DNA from: Podarcis cretensis
Lineage: Eukaryota
Direction: 5' to 3'
Length of the DNA: 64,000 bases
NCBI GenBank assembly: GCA_951804945.1
Contig: OX638157.1
Location: forward strand, 30,938,001-31,002,000
Shown piece by piece: positions 49,246 to 59,952 of this stretch (its first letter is position 1; every line of letters starts with the position of its first letter). The notes under the pieces are model-generated. The model had not been told where the DNA came from and did no database searches. It worked only from the letters and a program-made list of their open reading frames with translations. A program made the translations under genes and the position numbers.

Positions 49246-50503
49246 TAAAGCTATGGTTTTCCCAGTAGAGATGTATGGAAGTGAGAGCTGGACCATAAAG
49301 AAGGCTGATAGCCGAAGAATTCATGCTTTTGAATTATGGTGCTGGAGGAGACTCTTGAGAGTCCCATGGACTGCAAGAAGATCAAACCTCTCCATTCTGA
49401 AGGAAACCAGCCCTGAGTGCTCACTGGAAGGACAGATCCTGAATCTGAGACTCCAATACTTTGTCGACCTTATGAGAAGAGAAGACTCCCTGGAAAAGAC
49501 CCTGATGTTGGGAAAGATGGAGGGCACAAGGAGAAGGGGACAAAGCGTGTTCTCCCTAACAGAGAGCACGTGTTGCAGTTGGGGGAACAGGCCACCCTAC
49601 CATGACTAGGCAAATTTGGTCAGCAACCCTAGCCTTTAAGGGGTTAATTGGGTTGCTGGGGAATTTTGATTGTTGCCAATTCGGAGGAGGGGTCAGAGGC
49701 TTTAAATATAGGGGCCAGACGTGGGGACGTCCTCTTGGCCGTTTTGCACCGGATCACCCGCCCCCCCTCCCTTTTATAGGGTGGTTCTTTGGTTACTTGA
49801 CCTTGCTATGCCTGTCATGGGGTTGTCCGCCTTTGAGCGGGGGCCTGGTAGGAATTTTGCCACTTGGCTGATTGGCTGGTGCCATTTGGTTTTTGCCTAC
49901 TACGTAGCAAATCGTCACAACTTGTAAGGTTGGCGGTTAGGCATTGGTTAATTGGTGCTTGGAGGGGTAAGTGCCTATCCCTCCAAATGATGTGGAAAGG
50001 GAATTCCGTTAAAGGAATCCAGGGGCTTGCCATTCTTTTCGTCCTTGTCCGTGGAGCCAGACTTGGGCCGTGCAAGCCCCACCGGAACATGAGGGTGAGA
50101 GGTGAGGGTCTGTTTCCCAGCTTCATTTCTCACCCAATACTTGTTTCCCGCGCTGGCTTCCGGTGGTGTCCGGAAGGGCCAGCTCTGTCCTTGAGGGCCA
50201 GGACAGATAGTCATAACCAATGCCTAAGCAACCACTCACATTTTTTGTATTTGAATAAAGTTGTGGCCAAAAATTATGCCAAAAACCTTAAACAAAAATT
50301 GATGTGTGAAGTGTGAATTATTTTGGGGGGTGGCACTGTGGGACTCAACACGCAACAGAGGACGAGATGGTTGGATAGTGTTCTCGAAGCTACCAGCATG
50401 AGTTTGACTAAACTGGGAGGCAGTGGAAGACAGGAGTGGCTGGTGTGCTCTGGTCCATGGGGTCACGAAGAGTCGGACATGACTAAAGACTAAACAACAA
50501 CAA
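49246..50503 (+). mobile_element. RTE-BovB LINE 3' fragment interrupted by a 0.8-kb insertion
   Basis: Encodes MVFPVEMYGSESWTIKKADSRRIHAFELWCWRRLLRVPW...LEKTLMLGKMEGTRRRG. Resumes at 50356 with QRTRWLDSVLEA and ends in a (CAA)n tail. Confidence 0.92.
49544..50355 (+). mobile_element. Structured ~0.8-kb element, copy A (probable DIRS/Ngaro-like terminal-repeat unit)
   Basis: Boundaries are fixed by the interrupted BovB. Short inverted ends GCGTGTT / AACACGC, TATA-like TAAATATA, AATAAAGTTGTGGCC. Homologous to 57944-58701. The family assignment is inference. Confidence 0.7.
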
Positions 50504-50869
50504 ACTACTTTTCAGTCGCATGTTCCTGCAGAAGAAGCTGCAGAGGAGTCACCCTCAGCCTCTGAGGATGATGGGAGCTGATTAGAGATTTTTATGATCA
50601 CATGGGAATCTTCTTGATCTGAGTCCTTCTCAATCCAGCCAAAGATCCTGAGACAAGAGGGCTGCCAGAGGCAGTCCTGTGACCAGTGACATAAGCATGC
50701 TGAGAACAGTTCCTTGGAACATGCCTGGAGCTCCTTTCCCTAACCAATCACCCTACAGTCCTCATACATCTGAGGCCAGGAGAAAGTGCTAATACATCAA
50801 AGAGCATGACTTCCAGATGGGCTCAATCTTCAGAAAATATCACATTGTGTTGGTTTGCTGACTTTCTGC

Positions 50870-51316
50870 ACTACTGTGGCACCCCCTCTGTACAAAGAGC
50901 ATGATAACCCGCTGAACCAGAATTATTCATGTAGCTGCTTCCCCAGCAATCTGAGACTGTGTCTGCAGGAAGCTAACTTCTGCTCTCTCTTCATGTCTCT
51001 CCTGGTTCTTGTCGCAGCAAGATGGGGAGACACCCTGGTTTCTTCACCATCCAGATTCCTCTCTGCTTCTTGGCCTTCCTCATCTCCTGCTTCTGATTCT
51101 GATTCTGGACAGCTCTCTGCCATAGACTCTCCCTGCTACCTAAACCCTGTTACCTCTTCAGCTTCTGACACCTTCTCTTCTCAGTCTTCTCTCTCTTTTC
51201 CCTCTGATCACTCATTACTGTCCCACCACCAATCCCCAGGCTCTGAGCTTTCTTCTCTTGGGGTTTCCTCAGCCGGTTTTTCCCACCATGCCTCTGCGTT
51301 CAACCAGTCCTTGACA
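50870..51316 (-). mobile_element. LTR-like repeat (Gypsy-type), purine-rich
   Basis: Minus strand begins TGTCAAGGACTGG and has a GA-rich body. Left boundary uncertain. A more degraded similar tract lies at ~50520-50860 (+). Confidence 0.45.
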
Positions 51317-51451
51317 CTAGGCAAAAAATGAAGCTAAAGAATAATAATCAAAATTAAGTAGAGCCTGTTTCTGGATGTTTGCTTTCCAATGTTTGGCATT
51401 TCTACACAATTGTCCATTGCTTTTCCGTTCTCTCAAAAAGAAGGATGTGTC

Positions 51452-51467
51452 TTCCACTAGATGGCAC
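51452..51467 (+). promoter_or_regulatory. Candidate CTCF binding site
   Basis: TTCCACTAGATGGCAC, a strong CTCF core match. Confidence 0.6.
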
Positions 51468-52099
51468 TTGTGTTTACCTTTTGGAGCGTCAGCACTGCAT
51501 GCTGGCACTTTTTGTTCATCCTGCCATTCAGACTTTAACTAATGTGTTTCCCCAATGTCACTCCAATGAACAGTAGCTGGAAAGGGTGTGACAAATGTGA
51601 TTGTAATACAGGAGTACAGTACTGTCAACATCCTAGATCACTTGCCTGACAATATGGAAGAAGAAACCTCACACCAATAAGCCATACCGCAATCAACTAA
51701 ACACAACCAACCAAGCTCGGGAGCCCCTAACCTCTTGCAACATCAATGAAAATAAATAAATACACAAAGGACCTACTCATGTGATGCTGACACAACACCT
51801 CCTACACTAAGAATAGGCAATAGAATAAAAAAACCCATATCCCCATCTCTCTCCCCCAACTGCAATATGTCTACACCAAAAATGTCTCCCACCAGATGTA
51901 AACAAACTGTGAAAAAGACTATAAACTGAAAGCGGAGACAATAAATGTACCATTTCCTGTTTATCTGTTTGCTTTGTAACACAAATCCACCCAATAAAAA
52001 GTAATAATAATTTAAAAAATGTTGAAGAAGAAACACCATTGAATTAATCCTTTTTTCTTGCACTGGCAAGTGTAGGAGAGATGTGTGCTTCATATACTT

Positions 52100-52440
52100 T
52101 TATTTTATTTTGTATTTATTGCATTTATATCCTCTGCCCTTCTTCCTGAGCAGCAAACAAGCAAACATTTTAAAAAGTAAAACAAAGCAAAAGCATTTTT
52201 TAAAAAACACTTAGAAGTCTAAAAAAACAACTTCAGTTAAAAACATTATTTCATTCAGTGATCTTAGGGTTGACAAGATGAGTATTCTCCAGTCATCAAA
52301 TGCCTGGGTAAACAGGAATGCTTCCAAACCTCTCTTGAAAGTTAGTAATGATGCGGACAGGTGTACCTCACCTAGGGATGGCATTCCACAATCAGGGAAC
52401 CACCACGGAAAAGGCCCTGTCATGGGGCAGCCCTTGGTGT
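52100..52440 (-). mobile_element. L2 LINE 3' fragment
   Basis: Reverse strand resembles RAFSVVVP.LWNA...LLTFKRGLEAFLFTQAF. Confidence 0.7.
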
Positions 52441-52878
52441 CAGCACCACCAACAAGGCTTCAGCTGTTGATCATCACATTTAAGATGTAATCACTGGCCA
52501 GTTTTTGCTTGAATGATGTACAAGATGCAGTCAAGAATCATGACAGAATCGGGTAGTGGTGGCACCACACAAAATTTAGGGGGCTGCATGAAAGTATCAT
52601 TTGACCCACTAGTTGTTCATGGTTTTCAGAAATTCTGGGCCAATGTTTAGAAACAACGTCTTTAGCTGAACACTTTGAAGCCAAAATCTGGGACGCCATC
52701 TTAACGCATGCCATATTCCAGTTTTATATCATGAGCGCAAAGAGACCATTTTCACCCTGGGGGCATGGCACTCAAAAATGGGCATTTGGGGGGCACCATG
52801 AAAGAATACGACCCCCCCCAGTGCATTTTTCACTGCAAAATCACAGCAACCCAAATGGCCACCGTTCTCTGGCAGGGA

Positions 52879-52896
52879 AATAATAATAATAATAAT

Positions 52897-52953
<57 letters not shown>

Positions 52954-53340
52954 ACCCTCCCCAGCCAAAGCCGGGCTCAGAACGGCTAACATCAAATGTA
53001 TAACACATTAACATAAAATCAGACAATCAATTAAAATACATCCTCAAATCAGATCAGGATCAGAATAAAATCGAATCAGATGGCAACCCGCAGATTAGGG
53101 TTGGGGACCTTAAATGCTCACCAGGCCCAACTGTTTGCGCTGAACTTATATGGGCCTGGGAGAAAAATTGGGAGGCCACTTTCATGCAAGTTCTTATGAA
53201 AGGGGAGAGGGAGTCAGACTGAACCCCGACCAAAGGCCTGGCAGAACAGCTCTGTCTTGCAGACCCTGCGGAAAGATGTCAAGTCCCACAGGGCCCTGGT
53301 CTCTTGTGACAGAGCGTTCCACCAGATTGGAGCCACAGCC
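52879..53340 (-). mobile_element. L2 LINE 3' fragment whose tail is an (AAT)n(AT)n microsatellite (52879-52950)
   Basis: CAGAACAGCTCTGTCTTGCAG...AGAGCGTTCCACCAG is the reverse of the L2 ORF2 end. CCCACCCTCCCCAGCC...GGGCTCAGAACGGCT is the 3' stem-loop region. Confidence 0.7.
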
Positions 53341-53461
53341 TTTGCAGTTGCATAGCTGCGCCATAATACTAGGATGATGAGAGGTGGTATTCGTTTTACT
53401 GCTTATGCTGGTCATTGGGATGGTGCTATTCTAAATAAAAGGAGGTTCACTTGAAGTAAGT

Positions 53462-53463
<2 letters not shown>

Positions 53464-53507
<44 letters not shown>
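53464..53507. repeat. (GT)n microsatellite
   Basis: Perfect run. Confidence 0.95.
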
Positions 53508-53508
<1 letters not shown>

Positions 53509-54874
53509 CATTTCTCCAAAAAGAGACAGTCTACCTTCCTGGTCACTCAGCATTTGTTCCAACTATTCTCCTCCTTTCTAGCTTACAATGTGGGCCTATG
53601 AAGCTTGTGCCAAGGAGAAGTGGGATATTGAACACCAATGGTTCTTAGTCACCGGACTTGAATACTCCTCTCCTCTGCCATTCTGAAGAGCCCATCCTGC
53701 CTCTGTGACCACAGAGCCAAAGGCAGAATCAGTCATAAAGGAAAATGTACTGGCACGAGTATCCCTCCCCTGCTTTGCTGGACAACAATGAGCCAGAATA
53801 ATTAAGTTTCTTGTGGATTTCACCCTAAACCATAATTTGGCTCTGGATCATTCAAAGTTGGTTTTCTATCCAGAATTAAATTTCAGGACTCTAATGAAAT
53901 TCCAGCTAAAGTGAGTTTCACTTGGTCTCACATGTGGCTCCAAGTAACTCCTGCAGTTCTAATTATGAAAGGAAGGGAGAGCTATGGGCTGTATCATAAC
54001 TATTCACTAGCTAATTTTTAAAAAGCAGTAGATGCATTATTTAAAAATGATCTTACAGTATACAGTCTCTTCTTTTATATGAACATTAAAATCCTTGCCA
54101 ATGTTTATGTAATGCTCCAAGGCCGTTTCTTCCAGAGAGTATAAACAAACATCTGGAACAGCTGCACACCCCATGTGTTTATTTATTGTACATGAAGAAG
54201 GTTAAGAACTGCCAATTAATTTTTGTCTTGAAACTTTGCATAGACTAATTTCCTTGGGATTAAAGCCATAATTCAGCCAGGGATGAAGATGTTTGGCTGA
54301 GCTGTAACAGTTGAGAAACCCAACTGATATCTCTAATTTGTTTATTTTAAAGTACTCACACTGATTCGAATCAGGATAGTCTAGTGCAGATGTGGGGAAC
54401 CTTTCACCCTCCAGATGTTGCTGAACATCAGCCCCAGTAAGCACCAACATCATTTAGGATGCATGGCAAAAAGCTGGCATAAGATTAATTGGTGTAAGTA
54501 GCATTGTGCAAGAGGAAAGCAGAAGAGTGTTTTTACCAGTATTGTGAAATGGAAGCATTGCAAATGTGAATCCATCCTCAGCCTTCCTCAAATGTACACA
54601 TCCACTCTAACTCTTCTTGCCCACCTTACCATTCCTGAACAAACTACATACTTGATTCTGAAAAATGCAGGGTTAAGCATTGAGGAGAAATGTGAGGCAG
54701 AGCACACAGTCAAGCTTAGCCTCATACATTTTCTGCAACCACATGTAAAGCCCTTAACATCAAAGATCTATGCTAGTTGACCCTATACACAACAGCTTTT
54801 CTTGGTAGACTGACCCTATGCAATCTAGAAAGGTACACAAAAGTGATAACGGTTTCCACATATTACAATAAGAA

Positions 54875-54990
54875 TACAGATGTTGTTAGACTTCGGGCTC
54901 CCATCATCCTTGACCATTGCCCATTATGGCTGGTGCTGATGGGAGCTGGAGTCTAACAACCTCCGAGGGTCACAGATTTCCCATTCCTTC
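54875..54990. mobile_element. Short hAT-like palindromic MITE fragment
   Basis: GTTGTTAGACTTCGGGCTCCCATCA...TGATGGGAGCTGGAGTCTAACAAC inverted arms. Related pieces at ~1190-1260, 19185-19280, 20445-20490 and 54385-54450. Confidence 0.6.
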
Positions 54991-55825
54991 TAGAGTGCTA
55001 TATGAACCAGCTTACAGTGTGCATGGAAAGAGTTGTTGCACACCAGTTTAGAAGAACAGAATGCATGCTGACCCACTGAATACTCACCCACCCCCCTCCA
55101 GATACTGGATGTTTTCTGTTCTAGCTAAGGTCTATTAACATAATCAGCAGCTCCTTTATGAATTTCTTTATTTTGTCCCTTTTTTGTAAACTAATACTCT
55201 TGCTTTGCAGCAGCAAGAAACCAATTTTTGTAGCATAACTACAGAGCAGCAGTACGCCATGCATAATGCACAGCAGCTGTTATCATTTTGTATATGAAGA
55301 TTTTCCAAGACCTCAGTGCTTATGAAATACAAACTGCACTCTGTTCAATTATTTGCCATGATTTGTATGTGAAAGAGCAGCTTCAACCCCTCGGGGCTTT
55401 TGTTTGAGCATCTGCAATGAGTTTTTAATGTTGCCTCTTCCTTGTTTTCTGTAATAGAATGCTTCTGGGTGCTCCCTGCGCTCCCTACTCCAACCCAAAG
55501 GAATCAAACACCACAACATTTACCAGTTACCTGCCAGAAAAGCAATGATTAAAAAAACCTATTCATATGCACATTACTTCACTTTTACTATCTTGAGAAT
55601 ATATGTGAAATGGAGGCCCCTATATAGGTCTGTGAAAAGAATACGATGTGCCCCTTGGCTGGGGATAGCATCAGAACACCCTCTCTATTAGAGACTGCTT
55701 CCAAGATGGCACCTTGGGATGAAACTTCAGTAGGGTGGGACCATGAACCATGCCCGGAAGTACTATTTCTAAGATCTGCCCAGTTTCTCTTTTACAGAAG
55801 ACTCCAAACTCCTCTGCAGGAGCAG

Positions 55826-55867
55826 CAGTGGTTGCTAAACAGTGGTTGCTAAGCAGTGGTTGCTAAA
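55826..55867. repeat. 14-bp tandem repeat x3 (CAGTGGTTGCTAAR)
   Basis: Direct read. Confidence 0.9.
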
Positions 55868-56429
55868 TCAATTGAAGATGAGTTGAAAATTGCCTCCCCA
55901 ATTCAACCAATCCATTGGTGTTCCCAGGTGGCAAAATGGGACCACCATCTCAGTGGTTTTCAGCATGGCAGCAAGAAATGTTACAAATAGTTTAGGGGAA
56001 AGAATTTAAACTGGGTAAAAACAATGTCACCTACTGTTACAGTGGTGGATCTTCCTTATTTGCCTGCTTGCCACCACATGTTTTCTCTTCCCAGAATCCC
56101 CCTTGAATTATGCAAGCACATGCTGGCATGGGAAGCAGTGAAGCCCCAAAAGAGGAAAACTCGGTTTTACAGCTCCTCAATGACCTTTTCCAAGTTAGCT
56201 TAAGTACCGTGAATTCCTTGAAATGTGGACCACCACTGGAATGTAAGTCCTCTTAGACCTTTATGTGGAACTTCTCCATGTTGACATTGATTTGAAGTAC
56301 AGTCCACTGTATTTTGGCAGGTCTGGAATGGATACTTTTGAGTTAATAACGTTTAAACTTTTATCCTGAAACCCCAAGCAGCTTCACAGCAGGGCCGTTG
56401 ATGATGTTACCCTACAGCCCACATAAATT

Positions 56430-56622
56430 GGGGGGGCATAGCTCAGTGTTGGAGCATCTGGTTTGCATGCCAAAGGTTCTAGTTTCAATCCTCAACATCC
56501 CTAGGTAGGGCTGCGAGAGATCAGTTTCTGAATTCCTGAAGAGTTGTTGCCAGTCAATATATAGACAATACTAGACAGACCAATGGTCTTACTCAGTATA
56601 ATGCAGTTTGCTACGATCCTAA
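56430..56622 (+). mobile_element. tRNA-derived SINE with CR1-like tail
   Basis: GGGGCATAGCTCAGTGTTGGAGCA head and GACCAATGGTCTTACTCAGTATAATGCAG tail. Confidence 0.72.
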
Positions 56623-57199
56623 ATCCAATAGACAATGAAAATCCTATGTGGAAGAGAGTATCATATGCATGTCTTTTTAAATAAGAGAGTGCCTATAGAT
56701 GGGTGTACTCTTATTTAACCTGAGAATATTCTTTGGTGTCTCTGTGGTAAGCCTAATCTCCCATCAAGCTAAACCAAGCCTGTTTAATGTATGGGGCTTC
56801 AGTGAGAATCATTCAAATAAAAGCCAAGTACTTCAGCTTAACTGGGCTATGGATCAGGCTGTCACATGGTAGCAGTTGTACAGCAGTATAAAGCTTGCAC
56901 TTTCAAAGAAATGGCACTCAAATTATATGAGCTCTGGATTTATTTCATCCTGATTAAGTGTTAAATATACTCTCCTGGCTCCAATTTAAACCTCATTTGA
57001 TCAAATTGGCTCATTTCCTAGCACTTGATAGGAAAAGCTGTAATACGATTATGTTGATTGGTCTTAAATTAAGATGAATGAAGAATCTTTTAAAAATTAT
57101 GTAGGGTTTGATAAGGCTAGAAATAGCATCTACCTGAAGAGAAGGCACCTTGCATACTTTCTGCATTTAAAGAAATGTGAAATAGAATTCACTTGATTT

Positions 57200-57745
57200 T
57201 TTTATTAAGAACTTCTATTCCACCCAATTAACTCGAGGCAGTATACAACATAACGCAAATAAGGGCAACAACAATCTAATATTCATTAAAAACTCTAAAA
57301 GCTAAGATCAGAGTGTTGTAAAATGCCAGCCATTTCAAAAGAGCACCTAAGGCAATAAAAGAGGCCACTCCAATTCAAAATAATTCCTAGCCTTCTGAGG
57401 GCCTGCTGAAATAAAAAGAATTTCACAGTTTTCTGAAAAAGTCGGGAGGGAGTTAGCCTGAGAAGGGAATTCCTCTGAAAGGGTGCCACCACTGATCAGG
57501 TTCCCTGCTTCTCTCCACTATCCAAACAGTAGATAGAGAAGATAGGTGGTCTATATGGGGGAAGATGCTTCCAGAGATATACTGGAGACAGGCTACTGAG
57601 ACTTTCAAATACTGTATTAAAACAACCATTTTGAATTGTTCCTTGAAATGACCTGGGAACCACTGGGCATCTTTGCCTGCATTTTGAGCCAATGGGAGTT
57701 TTCTGGATAGTTTCCAATGGCAGCGTGTATTACAGTTTGGGGAAT
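57200..57745 (-). mobile_element. Old L2 LINE fragment
   Basis: Reverse strand resembles QW.P...EQFKMVVL...LQYI...KTVKFFLFQQAL, a degraded L2 ORF2 end. Confidence 0.55.
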
Positions 57746-57761
57746 ACTAAAGCCAGGCCAT

Positions 57762-57929
57762 GAGGGACGCGGGTGGCACTGTGGGTTAAACCACAGAGTC
57801 TAGGGCTTGCCGATCAGAAGGTTGGCGGTTCGAATCCCTGCTATGGTGTGAGCTCCCGTTGCTCGGTCCCTGCTCCTGCCAACCTAGCAGTTCGAAAGCA
57901 CGTTAATGGTCAGGGGTCCCTTTACCTTT
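57762..57929 (+). mobile_element. Sauria SINE with a large internal deletion
   Basis: Intact A and B boxes. GTTCGAAAGCACGT is fused to TAATGGTCAGGGGTCCCTTTACCTTT. 14-bp TSD TAAAGCCAGGCCAT at 57748-57761 and 57930-57943. Confidence 0.92.
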
Positions 57930-57943
57930 TAAAGCCAGGCCAT

Positions 57944-58701
57944 ATTGTGTCTTCCCTCAAAGAGGACACGTGTTGCGGTGCGACCTGACAACCAACACCC
58001 TGTGTTGTGGATGGGTATGATTGGATAGCCACAACACCATATTGGTAGGTCCCTCGATGCAGGGTTTAATCAGGCCAATGGGATCGAGGGACCTATATAT
58101 GCCTATGCATGTGTCCCCAAGCTTCCTCTTTGGGCCAGTGCATTGGAACACCCGCCCACCTCTCCCTATATTTAGGGCTTGCGCTTGACCTTGCTATGCT
58201 GTCATGTGTCATCTGTCATTGGAACAGGGGCACGGCAGGAATTTCCCCCACTTGGCTGATTGGCTGTTGCCATTTGGGTTTCATCTGCTGCATAGCAAAT
58301 CGTCACAACTTGTAAGGTTGTGGATAGGCTCTGGTTCAGGTGATAGGGATGGGAGAACGCTCTTGCCACCCCTATGAGAAGGGTATTCCGTTAAAGGAAT
58401 CCAGGGACTCAATGGTTTGGTCAACCCTGAGAGGGGTTGTGCCCATGCCTGAGTCCAGGGGGACATCTGAGTGGTGGACTAGCCTGACCATGGCTTTCCG
58501 TTGTTCCAGGTGTTCACCCTAGGCTGACCTATGCTGGTGTCCTGGGTCAGCGCTACCTGCCACGGTGCAGGGAACTAGTCGAACCAGAGACTATGCAACC
58601 ACTCACTTGATGTAATCAATAAATTCTGCCCAAAACCAAACCAAAATTTGAGTCTTGTCTGAATTTATTTAAGGGGGAGGTTAAAAGGTCTGAACATGCA
58701 A
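57944..58701 (+). mobile_element. Structured ~0.76-kb element, copy B (probable DIRS/Ngaro-like)
   Basis: Shares CTTGACCTTGCTATGC, CCACTTGGCTGATTGGCTG, TAGCAAATCGTCACAACTTGTAAGGTTG, ATTCCGTTAAAGGAATCCAGGG and GCAACCACTCAC with copy A. Ends GAACATGCAA. Confidence 0.7.
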
Positions 58702-59023
58702 CCATTTTGCAGTTGCAATTTGTGAATTGGCACACACAGCTAAGACACTCTTAGCATCCCCAGAGCCCACCTGTCAACTGTAGATAACAACAAATTGAGG
58801 GTGGTGTTTGCTCCATGGGGTGTTGTTTTTTGAGAGCAAAGTGAGGGCAAAAACACCCTACCAGTATTTTCCCCCACCCCAGAATTCAAAGCTGAAGCCT
58901 AGCAGTCCTGCACCCCCCATAGTCACAGTCATACATTTCCCATCATTCAGAGATTCCCTCGATTCTTTCTTGTCAGTCTCCTCTGATAGGCACTTAAGAG
59001 TTCTCCTATAAACTGCAGTCACA

Positions 59024-59135
59024 CAAGAAAAGCCTCCTGGATCAGGCCAATGGGTTATTTAGTCCAACAACCTGTTCTCACAATGCTCCCCAATGCCTGT
59101 GGGGACCCTCAAGCAAGAACCGAGCACAAGAGCAA
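59024..59135 (-). mobile_element. CR1-type 3' fragment
   Basis: AAGAAAAGCCTCCTGGATCAGGCCAATGG...TAGTCCAACAACCTGTTCTCAC, recalled as the reverse of a reptile CR1 tail. Confidence 0.55.
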
Positions 59136-59860
59136 ATAACATGTTGAGGGTGCTTCTACCATCATTCACCACCCCCTTCAGTCTCCTCTCACCATTGCCC
59201 ATTAGCACATCCAGTATTTTTGCAAACCGGCTGCGAATGTCTGTTGTTACAAGCTGGCAACCCAAACTATTTGCATTCCCCAACTGCTAGATTTCCTCAC
59301 CTCTTACACCTTTGAGCACAGTCTATTAAAAAGCCAGTTTCTATTTTGGTTGAAATGAGACTCAAGTTTAAAATCTTTATAGCTTAACTACAGCTGTTAG
59401 CTCTGAAACATAATTAGCGATACTTAGAAGAGATAATTTGGGAGCTGCTCAGGTGGAAGCAATGCAAATGTGTCTAGCTGTCACCTCCAACCTGCAAAGC
59501 ACAGGGAATGGTAGGCAAAAGGGAAGGAAAAGCCACTTTAAAATAAAAATGCACTACTGTTTAAAATAAACAGAGGGCACTGCTTGCTCAGCCAATTGCT
59601 GAGTCTTGCTCGCCCCTGGTTTGGGGAGATATTTTTGTGGGAGTGGAGGGGTGCTTTAGGCATCTAATCTAAAGGGTCATATGGTAAAGATAGGAGGATG
59701 ACCTGCCTGACTCCTCACAAAACACCTTTGCACCTATGGCCAAGGTCATTGCTATATAATGCCACAAATGATCATAAAGTCTCCATGTTATCACTTCAAA
59801 ATAACACTTCTGGAATTGTACAGTGGCAGACTTGTGTGATGGATTTATCTAAAACACAAG

Positions 59861-59952
59861 GCTGACATTGCAATTCTATGCAGGTCTATTGAGAAGGGTT
59901 ATTAAGTTCAATGGGGCTTACCCCCAGGTACATGTGCATTGGACTGCAACCA
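59861..59952. repeat. Short palindromic interspersed repeat
   Basis: TTGCAATTCTATGCA...TTCAATGGGGCTTACCCCCAGGTA...GGACTGCAA. Confidence 0.55.

Noticed and set aside
49800-50230. Hammerhead ribozyme or retrozyme interpretation of the structured element
   Set aside because: No CTGANGA...GAAA core in a three-helix junction shared by the copies (only CTGATTGG). Other ribozyme classes cannot be excluded by eye.
49864-50316. 150-aa ORF within copy A
   Set aside because: Not preserved in copies B and C; conservation follows base pairing, not codons.
50855-51331. 158-aa Ser-rich ORF
   Set aside because: Low-complexity antisense reading of a GA-rich LTR-like tract.
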